Shown here: piece after piece, positions 26,673-39,559 of the stretch | Layout: every line of letters begins with the position of its first letter | Numbering within the stretch: position 1 is the first letter of the stretch | Assembly (NCBI GenBank): GCA_050084985.1 | Contig: JBITNC010000002.1 | Span: forward strand, 15,066,001 to 15,130,000 | Source of the DNA: Nageia nagi | Lineage: Eukaryota; Plantae; Pinophyta | Direction: 5' to 3' | Length of the DNA stretch: 64,000 nt | Made by a program: the position numbers and the translations under genes | The notes under the pieces: generated by a model | Seen by the model: only the letters and a program-made list of their open reading frames with translations | Database searches by the model: none | What the model was told of the DNA's origin: nothing

Positions 26673-28078
26673 ATGGCAATCCCATGATCCAGAAGTTTAG
26701 TAGACTTTTTTTATTCTTTTAGAGCATCACAAAAGACTCAATCATGACAATCCCATGATCAATTCAATATATTTTATTTTGATATAGTTGGGGCAACAAC
26801 AGATCCACACTTCAGCACAAGACGTCAACGATAGTTTAACATCATCATAAAAAGTTTTGGCCTTGATTACCCAACTTCATTCCAGATTTTTTGGACAACC
26901 AAGTCAAAAAAAAAAAAAAAGAGCTTGGAAGGAGCAACAACAAAGTAAGATCCATGCTACAATATTAAATCATGATTCATTTTAACACAACACAATTCAA
27001 AACTTTCTTTGTTTAATGTAATTGCAATGCTCTATAATACATATCCAAAAAAAGGCAAATTGTAGACACTTAAAAATGATTTTCTATTTATCATAAAATC
27101 ATGGTTTATAATATTTAAAAATAATATCATTAAAAGGTGCAAATGTCAAAGAAGCTCAAGTATAAAAAAAGATCAAAGCAAAATATTCCCTATCATATTC
27201 CAACAAGATCCACACATAATCTGGATAGATTGACTTAGAGCATATTCATCTATTCCACAAATACCAACAATGTAGTTCGAGACCAACTATCCAAAGATCG
27301 GTTAGTCTTTCATTATATTATATTATATTATCTTCATTATTCTTTAAGAACAACGATGTTAGCAAAGTGTGTTATCTGAGCGCACCATGTCAACGGAGTT
27401 CTTCAAGGACAATGTCAACTAAGTTCTTTAGGGACTATATCCACGGTGTGCTTCTTGCACATTTGAGTTTCTAAATTGGAAAGGTAGTTCTTAATGGCAT
27501 TAGAGGTACCATATCTGAGATTCATAAAGGACTCGGGATTTGACCCAATTTGCAATACATTGAAGAATATTCAGCCTACTGATACAATATTGTCATTCCG
27601 TGGCAATTCATAGATATGACGGTGAAATATTAAATTAATTCATTTTTAACCATCTGCATTAAACATGATTAATCATTCAAGAGATCATCACATATAGTCT
27701 TTGATATACATTTTTACCAAAAGGATAACACTATCTCAAACAAACAACTAAATTTGGTATAAAATAATTTCATGTATATAACAAATTTTTCTTTCAAAAA
27801 CCATTTCTATCTCTATACAACTGTTGATAACATTCTTGAAATTACCCACAAGGCATGTTCAGCATCATATAAAAGTAAACTTCTTGAAGGTAAGGCTTCA
27901 ATGTTCACAATCCTCAGCCGTCTATTTCAAATTCAAAATATCTTATGAAAGTCTTTCCAGCTGTTCAATTGTGTATTTCATAGTTGTCTAGCTCAACAAA
28001 ATATTTAGAGGACATGATAACGATGTATACGCTGGTGTGCATCTTTCCCAAACAAGTGTGTTGTGCTTTTATAATCAA

Positions 28079-28544
28079 TCAACACATTTTAAGAGTACGA
28101 GAAAACATCAAAAACATGGAACTATAGAAATTAAGTCTGCTGTTGGTATCACGTCCTTTTGTAGCCTCCCATGAAAGAACAGATGGAGGGCCAATCTCCC
28201 CTAAGCAGTACATTCCTGCAATGGGAGCATCAGGAAAGTTGCAAGAAAAGATGGAACTTTCAACATTGGGTTCACTAAAATAGGATTGTCCACGGCCCAT
28301 GCAAGCAAACAGGAGTCCACCAAGCACTTTATTATCATTCTCGTTTGAATTACTGGCCATGGATGTGGCTGCAATTTCAGTAATTTTTCCATCATGGTGG
28401 AATTGAGATTTCAACTTATTACGTACTTCTTCAAGTGCTAAATTGGTAGAGGCCTTTCCTGTCTCTGAATCTGTTCTATAGAAACGAAATACATCTTCAG
28501 TCTTGATTCCCTCTCCTTCAACAAAAAGATATTCTTCATCTGCA
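28079..28544 (-). CDS. Last coding exon of a FIST C-domain protein (F-box/FIST protein, At5g63520-like)
   Basis: ADEEYLFVEGEGIKTEDVFRFY...GGLLFACMGRGQSYFSEPNVESSIFSCNFPDAPIAGMYCLGEIGP... carries the FIST_C signature (F.C.GRG ... G.Y..GEIGP). Acceptor gacAG|TGCAGAT lies at 28545-28546; the stop is at 28079-28081. Confidence 0.9.
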
Positions 28545-29856
28545 CTGTCATGATGCATGAAAAGCAAGGTTCACAGTGAAAAATACATTTAGTTATACAC
28601 TAATATATATATATATATATATAAATCCCCAAAACATTTGAAATAGAATGCAAGTTCAATTGTAAGAATGTGTAGGTAATAGTAGTGTTTCGTAACTTGA
28701 TGACATGTTAGATGGATAAAAATACAGCTCATGGGTATATTCTTGAATTTCAATTTCAATGAACACATTCTATTTCATGATTCGTCTCAACCTACTATAC
28801 ATACAACTTACAAGAGACAAAAGACAACTAAAACAGAAGAAATGACATGTTTTTGGGGATAGAATAGATGCACTAATTTTTTTATTCATATTTCAATGTT
28901 TTATGTTTGACTAGTATTTGGTTACATTTGTCAGCAAAATGTTACTAGAATATTTAGAAGGAATAAGAATATATACGAACATGCACTCAGAGACCTACTT
29001 GCTTATTAGCAGTCACTACTTGTTGGCTCCTCAAAGTTCCAGAAGATGAGCTATGAATTTTTTTTAATTTCCACGGTTGGAGATCGTACAGGAGTTACAG
29101 ATGGGAATAGAATATTGTGTACTCAGTGAATTTTATTCCTTCCTCTCCCCATAACAGATCTTGTGGAATCTAAATCAACAGGTGACCTATCATAGAGATG
29201 GATGGAAATATTATGTTGTGTAATGTCCCCATTTTTGGATGCCCAATTCTATTATTGTTTTATTAATTCTAATTTGCACACGTCGAAATTATACTTCAAA
29301 TGGTAGAAATATTTTAATATTATAAAAGTTAATTAGGAGGGATAAGGTGTAATTAGGAAGTTAACCTCATGAAAAAATCTAACATTTGCTTATAAAAGGA
29401 AAAGGGGATTTAATCTTCAACATAGAGCGTTGGATCTAAGAATGAGATTGGGAAACCCTACAGTGGAGCGTTGGCTATTTGAGGAGGCTCAAGAAGTGGG
29501 ATCCAAAGAATAAGGCCAGCCTCTTTGGATAGAAATTGAGAAGTGACCAGCCTTAAGTTCCTTGTGGTAAACTCATTCAGAGTTTACAAGTGTGCTTCAA
29601 GAAGGTTTTTAGATTCAGATTTGAAGGTGAAAATCTTAGTTTTACTCCAACCATCAGATTGGAGAAAGAAAAGTGAAATTGTGCAAGTTTCAACCTAAGA
29701 AATCAGCCAAGGAGGATCGCCCATTTTTAGGGGTAGTTTGAGAACATTTTTAGATCCATTTTGTGCCCTAGGTGGGACGTTCAGCCCTAGGAGGCTCCAA
29801 TCCAGATTTTAATGTATGTTTTGAATACCCTTTTGGCTATATTCCTTATTTCCACT

Positions 29857-32800
29857 TGTTAGAGTATGTTATTATTACCTATTTTCTTAGGTATCTAGAT
29901 AGCTTAAGTTCAGTAGCTTGAATAGAGTGTTTGAGATTTGTAATGTTTATCATGTTGTTATGATCCTACGGTTGATCTCATTTCGATCGTATGGCTTTCA
30001 TTTCATGTTGTCCTATTTATTTGTACATTGTGCATTATGATATCAATGAGGTTTAATGCAAGTATTCTATGTGATTTTTCTCATCTCTCTTGATTTGGGT
30101 TTTGCAATCTCTTCATGGTACCAGAGTTGAAAAGAATTTGAGAAATTTTGGTTTTAGCTTACATTAGGTTCGGAGAACATCAATTGTCTCTCCAAGTGGA
30201 TCTTCAGAATAGATACGATTTGCCTTGACCTTTTTCGGAGTGTAAGACCTACGGGCATCTTCAAGCAGATCTGCCTATGATTTGTGCAAGGGTTTAAGAC
30301 CTACGAGCACTCTCATAGATCTCGGCAGAAAGACCTTCATTTTGTTATTGGATTTTAATACCTCCGAGCTTTTCCCACAAGCTCTTGTGCTAGATATTAA
30401 GACCTTTGGGCTTTTCCCACATGTTGTTTCTTTGTTGGTGTCAAATTCTCTCCATCGGCGGATCCATATCCGCAAACCTGTGATCTCCTTGTAGATCAAT
30501 TCGCGAATTCTTCCAAGCATTCAGTTGTGTGTTTGTGGGATGCACTATCTAAAGTCTCCCAATGCGACAAAAATCTCAACACTTGTGGCTGGCGATCTCA
30601 AATATCTTTTGGCGCATCGCACCAGTCATTCTTGGCATTTTCCTGATCGAGCTTGACGGCCTTTGATACCTCGTAATTGCTTCATGATGAATCAGCTAAC
30701 AACACCGTGACCATTGCTCGAGTTCTTCAGATCTCTGAGCCCAGGATCCCAAGCAGCGGATCTACCTGTACACTTCAACGGCCTTGCGACCTTCTTTGTG
30801 GCAATCTCCACAGCTCCGTCTACGGAGCACTGTCCTAGCGCTCTCGATGCACTCTTTCAATGACAGCACTGTGCTCAAAATATCACTCGATACATATTTG
30901 CTGATATGGGTGGATTTCGCAGTGATCCTCACTGTTAGTAGTCGTGCTTGGAGCATTTCGTGAGCCAAATTTGTTGTTTAGCTTATGATTTGAGGACACT
31001 AGGATTGGTGGTCTCTACAACCTGATCTACAGCTATCATTGTCATCTGACCAGACATGTGCACCTTTCTTTGAATGCTCGGTGATATTTTCCTGCATTTC
31101 ATTGACTGTCGGGCAGATTGGCATGTCTTTCTCTGCTGGTTTCCTGATTTGGCATGCATGGCTCGTTCAAAAACGTCATCAAGGTAGCAGGCACATTTTT
31201 TTGACGTTTTTCTTAATCAATTTTGAATTCCGTGATCAGATCTGGATACCCTTTTTTGAGCTGAGCAATTTCGGTTTTTGGATCACTCAAATCCGAGCTT
31301 GTTTGAGGAAGTTACGAACATTTGAAGATCTGTTTTTCACTTTAATTTAGACAGCCTATGTAACAGTCACGTTTTTCAAGACTGCTCTTATATCAGACCC
31401 AACATTTCGGAACGGACAGTTTCACGGTGTTCCTCATTCCGTGCTGATCGTTTTGACTACTTTTGCCTTCCAGATCTGCCGCAATTGCAGTTCGAAGTTT
31501 CACAATTAGATTATTAATTAAATTGGTCAAATTTAATTTAATTATTTTTCTATAGTTTTGGGGCTTCAAATTTCAATTTTTTGCCCTCATTCGAATTAAT
31601 TGCATAATTTCTGCATTCGGACTCCATTTTGAGTGTCATTTGTTTGTATGCTAAGCAAACTCTAAGTAATTCTCAGTAGATTTGATTGTACATCTAAATT
31701 ATAAAATAATTTTCCATGGAATACATTTATTTGTATAGAAAGCATACTTTGTGGGGGGGGATCATTTTGGTCATCTTGTTCAAGTGATTACAATGGAGGA
31801 TTTCTTGAGTCTTCCTATTACTCCATTGGTTGATCGAGCTTCATATCCTGCTTGGTGTGAGAGCCTTATTAAGCACTTGCGCTCTCATGATCTTTTGCCA
31901 TATCTTCTTGTTTTGGTTCCAGCACCTTGTCTTCACTCGTCTGAGTGGTACTTTTGGAAGTCCAAACTCTATGATGTGACTCGCATCATATGCTACATTG
32001 TTGATAGTGTTTACCGTGGTATCCTACCAACCTTCGACTGGAACTCTTTGCCAACTCCACATACATATTTCTCACCACTTTGTGCACATTTTGAGGCTCT
32101 TTTAGATGAAGATGCCTTAATACATGAAGATTCAATGAATGAGGCAAATGTTGAAGAAGATCTTGAATTGCAAGATGTTGATGTTGTTGATTCTGTTTCA
32201 AAGACTTTGGAGGACATCTTAGATGGAGTTTCCTCTCTTTTCATTGATTCGTACATTTCATATGTTGTCGATCTTCATGATGAGCTCACATCCTAATTTA
32301 ATGATCCCTCATGTATTGCTCCCATTGAGCACTTTGAGGGCTTTCTTGATGGTGATGCTTCTCTCTTCATAGAGTCTCACACTTTTGATGTTGATGACCT
32401 TTATGAGGAGGTACAATTCTTATTTTATGTTCCTCCATCTCTTGCTCACATTAAGCACCATGTGGACTTTATTGTGGTGGGCCTTCCTTTAGTTGATGAG
32501 CCACCTTGTCCTCCTCCTCTTATTGCCTTGGAGCATTCCTTCGCTCCATTTCTATTGCATTAAGAGTTTTGTGAGACTTTCTCACTACCTTCTTTGAATG
32601 GACTCTCTTTAGGAGATCCCGAAGACTTTTATGAGGTTTCTTTACCTCCTTTTGTTGCTATTGTGCAAAAAGACATTGAGTCTTTTGACTCTCTTCTTCC
32701 TAGTTTGTTAGCGACGACTTTTCTTCGGCATGCTTCGCATCCTTGTTCATCATCAACAGTACCAAATTCGATGATGTTCCCTCATCGTAACATTTTGGAG

Positions 32801-33490
32801 TGGGAAGATTTCATATGTATGCCTCTTTGCTTCTTTCGTCCTGGCAGGAGACATTTCCTTCGACGGAGAGGTATCTACATATTTCTAGGACATGACATTG
32901 ATCTTTTCCAATTCTCCCTTGTTGGCAATTGCACTTCGGGAGGTATCACTATTGCTTTGCCATGCTTTCTTCAATTGTGTGACATGCTTGGGGTGATGGA
33001 AGTTGTCCTTTGGGGGTGTTGATGAGAACTCCTTCCTCTCCACCTTCCATCTTTTTCCTTTTTCCTCTTCTGGAAGATGGTTTTTTCCCACATGGTTTTT
33101 CATCATCTACAAGAGAGATTTTTTTGTGTTTTGTGTGATAGCCGTTTTTTTCTATATGAGTACCTTATCAAGCCTAGTTGTTGGGACTCATCTTTTTCTT
33201 AGCTATGCACACTACTCCCTAGTATCACTTAAGGGGGGGTGTTAAAGTATTTTATTATTACCTATTTTCTTAGGTATCTAGATAGCTTAAGTTCACTAGC
33301 TCGAATAGAGTGTTTGTGAGTTGTCATGTTGTTTTGATCCTACGGTTGCTCTCATTTTGCTCATACGGCTATCATTTCATGTTGTCCCTATTTATTTGTA
33401 CATTGTACATTATGATATCAATGAGGTTTACTGCAAGTATTTTGTGTGATCTTTCTCATCCATCTTGATCTTAGTTTTGCAATCTCTTCA
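29857..33490 (+). mobile_element. Structurally complete non-autonomous LTR retrotransposon (gag-like ORF only; TR-GAG/LARD-like), 3,634 bp
   Basis: LTRs at 29857-30115 and 33240-33490 (TG...CA, highly similar). PBS TGGTACCAGAGT at 30116, PPT AAGGGGGGG at 33231-33239, TSD CCACT at 29852-29856 and 33491-33495. No pol motifs. Confidence 0.92.
31751..33022 (+). pseudogene. Single ORF of ~420 codons (two internal TAA) in the non-autonomous element: Copia-gag-like N-terminus plus acidic repeats
   Basis: Track ORFs 31751-32296 and 32594-33022 are in frame. The N-terminal PITPLVDRASYPAWCESLIKHLRSHDLLPYL resembles the Copia gag N-terminal L...NY..W...M...L...DL motif. Confidence 0.6.
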
Positions 33491-33548
33491 CCACTTTCGA
33501 ATAATTTTTATAAAATCTGTGTAGTATTGTTTGAGAAACTTTTAGATT

Positions 33549-36500
33549 AAGAAAATAATACGTAATCCGGCACTTTAAAGGCGATGACGTGAACTTTAGG
33601 CTTGCAAAAGACTGGTAAAGGCACTAGGCACTGAGTGTCATGCAGCAGATGCGATGATGTCAACAACAGGATTCTCAAAGCACGACATAACAAGAAATGC
33701 ACTAAGTGCTAGGCGGCAAGACAAATCACATCAACAAAAGCTCAAGACTGACGTGATAAGGTGAGAACAACATCGAATGTTGCGTGGTATGAGCAATGAC
33801 ATCAATAGAAGTATGAAAATGGCGTAGCAAGGCTTTGTAGGGCACCACAAGTTGAGGTGCGACACAACAAAGTACCAAAATGCGTTTGACAAGCAAGGAA
33901 AGCTCCCAGGAAGCTTGAAACATGTTTTGTCTTGAAGATGGAGGTCCAAAAATGCTATGAAGGGCCTAAAAACATATTCAAACAAGTGTAAGGAGGGAAA
34001 TCTGGTTTGGAGGTGATTCTAGCAAGGAAAATTACGAAATTGAGGAGGTAAGTTGAAGACTTAAGCGTTCAAACTTTTTGAGACTTGAAACAGGGCAACA
34101 AGATTGCAAACCAAGATATCTCACTATTGAAAGGATAAAACGAGAATCTAACTAATACTTAGAAGCTAAAATGCGGACTTAATGGTAAAAAATACCTCCA
34201 AACAGCTTCAAGACGTATGCACGAAGATGTCAAGTCATACACAATCGCTCAACCACATGAACAGAGTGAAAATAGAGTTGCAAAGCAAATTAAATGTTTT
34301 CTATTATGATTGCTGAAAATGACAACATAAGATTACAATAATCTCTTCTCCATTATTTTACAAAGAAAAATTAAGTCTATTTATAGATACAAAAGGTAGA
34401 GTATTGGAGACTCTAACAAATCTGACAGATCACAGTTTGCTCAGAGAATTAAGAAAACATAAATGAAATTTGTTAGAAAGGAATGGGGCAACCATTTTTG
34501 TGCAAGATGCGACCGAAAAGGGAATTCAAACTTGAACATTAAATTCCTTCATTCTCCCCCTTAATGTGAATAGGTTGAATTCCAATACAATTCTAGAGAT
34601 TGAGGAATCGATCCTTCGGTAACTCTTTGGCAAAGATGTCTGCCAGTTGGTCATCAGTAGGACAAAACGTGATTTCAAGGAATCTATGAGCTTTGCTCCT
34701 ACTGTGAAACACTAGATTCTTGGTCGTTGCAATGGTGTTGGTGTTGTCACAATGGATAGGAATGGTCTAGGGAAGTTCCATACCCAAATCCTCAAACAAT
34801 TGAGCCATCGAAATGGCTTGTGTGCATGCAAAGGAGGCAACCATATATTTTGCTTTTGCAGTAGAAAGAACAATTATGTATTGCTTCTTGTTGCTCTATG
34901 GGGTGAGGTATTTGCCAAAGAAGAAAGCATACCCTAAGGTGTTCTTCCTATCCTCTAGGCTTCTGGCCCAATTAGCATCTATATATGCTTCCAGAGTCTC
35001 ATAGTAAGTAGACTTATACCACAATCCAAAAGCTTTGGTGTCGAACACATACCAAAGTATCATTTTGGTGTCTTATGGGATTCATGAGGAGAATGCATGA
35101 ATAGGGCTACTATACTGCTTTAGACATTATATCACGTTGGGTAGCCGTGAGATACATCAGCCTACCTACAAGTGACTTGTACAAGGTTGCACTAACCAGA
35201 GGAGTAGAATCCTTATTCATCAATTTACGACCTACAACCGCAGGGGTACCAACAAGTTTGCAATCTTTCATTGAGAATTTGGCAAGCATATCATCAACAT
35301 ATTTGGTTTGAGTGATAAAGATGTTATTGGATGATTGTTGAACTTGCATACCCAAAAAGCATCGCATGTCACCCAAATCATTCATCTCAAACTCATTAAC
35401 CATTGCAATCTTAAAATATCAGAGCATGGAAGAAGAGGTGCTCATAAAAATAATATCATCAACATAGAGACAAATGTTGAAATAGTCAAAACCGTATATC
35501 TTTGTGTACAATGTTGATATAGTTATTATGATGGAAGTAGGTGTCAATACGAGAATACCTAGCAAAGGGGCTTAGTTCAACCCATAGAGAGCTTTCTTGA
35601 GCGAGTACACTATGTCCTCATGGTCGGAGATGGTGAATCCTTGGGGTTGATTCACGTAGACTTCATCCAAGTCTCCATTCAAGAAGGCTAAAGCAAAAAA
35701 ATGGTGAATCGTCTCAAGGTAGGCAACAAGGGAAAACATCTCTTCGTAGTCCAAGCCTTCTTGTTGGACATAGCCCTTAGCAACCAATCGGGCTTTGTGT
35801 TTTGCAATGCTACCATTAGCATTGTTTTTCATCTTGTAGATCCATTTGATGCCAATGACATTCTTGTTCTTTGGAGAAGGTACAAGCTCCTAAGATTCAT
35901 TCTTTTAGATCTTCTCTATCTCGTCTTCCATTGTCGCTTTCCAATCTTCATTTGTCGTCACTTCTTTGACATTGGAGGGCACAAGGAGGGAAGAGGACAT
36001 CATCAAGGCGTAGTTGGTGATTTGATCACCTCCCCTTGATTGTTGTCAGGTCACACGCCTTGTGAAATCATTATCCAACATCTGAAACTATGGATGATCC
36101 CATCCAATCTTCGTCTTGGAAGGAGTAGGAGCTACCGAGGGTTGGGCAGCTACAGGTGGGAAGGCTAAGTTGGTGCAACACGCTCAGTAGAACTAGAGTC
36201 CTCAAGATCTGAAATGATGTCAAATGCATTTGAGTTCCTTGAATATGCGCTCCCTTCATTAAAGAGCACATCTTGATTGATGAGCAGCTTGTCGAAGACT
36301 AGATCGTAGCACCTGTAAGCTTTGGACTCATCTGAGTATCCTACAAAGACATACTTAATGGATTTTTCATCCAATTTCTGCCTATTCTCCTTAGAAATAT
36401 GCACATAGCACGTGGAACCAAAGATCCTTAGATGAGAGATACTTAAGTTTATTGTCAAACCAAGACTAATAGGAGGCTAAATCCTACATAACCTTGGTTA

Positions 36501-39500
36501 GGAAGCAATTCAAGATGTAAACAGCAGAGTGTGGACAACTTCTCCCCATAATTTGTTGTCCATGCCCATCTCCTTCAGCATGCACCGGCCATTTCAACAA
36601 CTGTTTGGTTCTTCTTTTCTGCAATGTTGTTCTACTAAGGAGTATAGGCAGTTGTATATTGTCGCTTGATCCCATACTTATTGTAGTAGTCCTTGAACTT
36701 GTTAGAAATGAATTCGCCACCCTTTCCAATCCAAAATTTCTTCAAAGTATAGTCGGACTGGGTCTCAACCAATGCTTTGAAATTGAGAAAACAATTAAAA
36801 GCATCAGATTTGGCCTACAAAAATATAACGAACTTATGCAAGAATAATAATCAATAAAAATCAGCATATACTTGCACTTGGCAATGTTGGGAGCCTACTT
36901 ATGGCTGCAAAGGTCCATGTGCACCAATTCCAAGGGCACTTTGGCACAATGTGGATGGGTGGGTGAAAAACTTGTCATGGTACTGTTTCCCAAAAATGCA
37001 GCTCTCACACACAGTCTAATGAATTGTCACAAACCTCTCACAAGCTTATGCTCTTGTTTCCAGATACCAAATCTGATCATCACAACTTCAAAGTTGTTGT
37101 ACATCAGAAACAAGTTCAAATTACCGTTGGACTCTTCAATGAATTTGGCTTTGGGTTGTTTCTTCATCTGAAAACATTTTTGTTCCATGTGACCATCCTT
37201 TCCATAGAAGCCTCAATGTTGCAAATCTAAGATCTAGCTATTATTGGTTGATCGACCTCTTCCTCTACCACGACCGCCTCTACAACCTCATCACCACAGC
37301 CTCTGTCACATCCTCTTGAAGAAGAATTGGAACTAGAGAAAGTGGATGCTTGATCATTCATTATGAGCTTGCCTAGCAAAGCTTGATCAAGGTTCTCAAA
37401 TTTGTCTTTGATCCTTTGCTCATAGCTTTGTAGGCTTCCAAGAAACTCAATTAGAGTGAGTTGGGACAAGTCCTTAGACTCCTCTATTGCAAGGGTGATG
37501 GGATTAAACCATCGAAGAAGGCTTCTTAGAACCTTTTCAACAATCTGGGTGTCATTAAAATCCTCACCATGAGAATGATGGCATTAACCAGGTTCTATAC
37601 ATTGTTCATGAAAGCCTCAATGATCTCTCCATCAACCATTTTGAGAGATTCAAAATCTCTTCAAAGCATCTGCAGCTTGGCTACTCTGACCTTGCAGGAG
37701 CCCTTGAAGACACTCTCAAGTGTGTCCCAAGCAGCCTTTGAAACTTTGCATTTGGCTATCTTAGGGAATATTGAAACATCTATCCCATTTTTTAATGAAA
37801 ACAAAGCTTTGGCATCTTTTTTTCGAGTGTCCAAAAGTTCATTTTTCTCATCTATTGAGAGTAGTGCAAATGTCGTTGCATCTACTTTTGCATAACCCTA
37901 GGATAAAAGAGTCCACAAGTCTTGAGAGATGATAAGAGTTCTCATTTTGATGTTCCAATATTCAAAGTGTTCACCACTGAACATAGGGATCGACAAGTAA
38001 GAGGAATATCCATCCTTTGAATCCATTTTAACCTAATAAAACATACAGCTTTGATACCAATTGAAAAATTTGAGATGCCATAGTGAACAAAAGTATTATC
38101 ATGGTCAAATCTGAAGTAGCCACAATCAAACAAGGTAGTAGTTGCGATCAAACAAAGTTGTACAAAAGAATGGAGTTTTCGTGATCAGAAACTGAGTTGT
38201 TGCGGTCAGGATCAATGCAAAAGTCCAATTGCTACACATTGAGGTTGATGATGTCAATAGAAGCTTTGTTGCAATGCAAGAAGAGGCAAAAGGCAGAATG
38301 TAGCCACAATGCAACACCAAGAGAAAAAGGGCAATGTCACGCTTTTGAAGGGTTGATGTCAGCCTAAGTGTTGACTTGGTGCGATACAAGAAAATAATGC
38401 GTAATTTTGAGCTTTGAAAACAATGACATCAGGTTTAGACCTGCAGAAGACAAATAAAGGAATGAGACACGAAGTGTCGTGCAACATATGTGATGACATC
38501 AACAACACGATTCTCGGACCACAACATAGTAAGAAATGCACTAAGTGTCACGCGACAAGATGAATGATGTCAACAAAAGCTCAAGAGCAACGTAGCAAGC
38601 CGAGAACAACATTGAATGTTGCATAGCAAAAGCGATGATATCAGCAAAAGTATGAACATAAACACGACAAGGATTTGTAAGGCACGACAGGGTCAGGCGC
38701 AACACGACATGACACAACACGACATGGCAAGCACAGCACAACATGACAAAGCAACAAAATGCATCCAATGAGCAAGGAAAGTTGTCGGGAAGCTCGAAAC
38801 ATGTTATCTCTTGAATATGGAGATCCAACAATGCTCCAATGGGTCTAAAAACATATCCATATGAGTGTAAGGAGGGAAATCTGGTTTGGAAGTGATTCTA
38901 ACAAGGAAAATCACAAAATTGAGGAGTTAAGTCGAAGGCTTAAGCATTCAAACTTGTTTGAGACCCGAAACAAGGTAACAAGAATTCAAACCAAGATATA
39001 TCACTACTGAAAGCACAAATGTGGACTTAATGGTATGAAATACCTCAAACCAGCTTCAAAATGCCTGCATGAAGACACCGAGTCATACACAATCACTCAA
39101 GCACATGAAGAGAGTGAAAACAGTGAGTTGTAGAGCAAATGAAATGTCTTCTATTATGAGCGTTGAAAATGGCAACATAACATGACAATAATCTCTTCTC
39201 CATTGTTTTAACTACGTCCTATTTATAGATACAAAAGGTCAAGTATTGGAGACTCCAACAAATTTGACGATCCACAATCCGTTCAGAGAATTAGGAAAAC
39301 ATAAATGAAATTTGTCAGAAAGGGATGGACATGTCTATGCATCTAAGGAAGATCTGATCATATAGTGAACATTAAAACTCAACTACACGCGTGCTAAAGG
39401 AAATAAATGTCAATAGGTGAAGAATCAGTTCATTGTGTAGTAGCCATTAGAGGAGATGTGCATGCACGGAAGATGCAACCAAAAAGGCAATTCAAACCTG

Positions 39501-39517
39501 AACATTAAATTCCTTCA
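33549..39517 (-). mobile_element. Degenerate Copia element: 5' LTR 39517-38062, PBS 38059-38048, gag-pol, PPT ~34552-34563, truncated 3' LTR 34551-33549
   Basis: PBS TGGTATCAAAGC and PPT TTAAGGGGGAGAA. Motifs SHLRIFGSTCYVHI...[47 protein letters not shown] and EFEMNDLG. 33549-34551 repeats 38388-39517. Confidence 0.9.
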
Positions 39518-39559
39518 CTTAGCAATGATGGGATTGACAAATAGCATCATAAAGTGTCG

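Larger units (their letters stand above)
29219..33548 (+). mobile_element. Truncated LTR remnant (begins TGTAATGTCCCC) that hosts the 29857-33490 insertion
   Basis: LTR-like 5' terminus with TATA-like cttataaaagg ~29389. The sequence resumes after the TSD at 33496 and is cut off at ~33548. Confidence 0.45.

Noticed and set aside
28545-28567. MLFMHHD N-terminus of the 162-aa ORF, i.e. a standalone small gene
   Set aside because: Lies upstream of the splice acceptor; homology continues in the exon at 47737-47849
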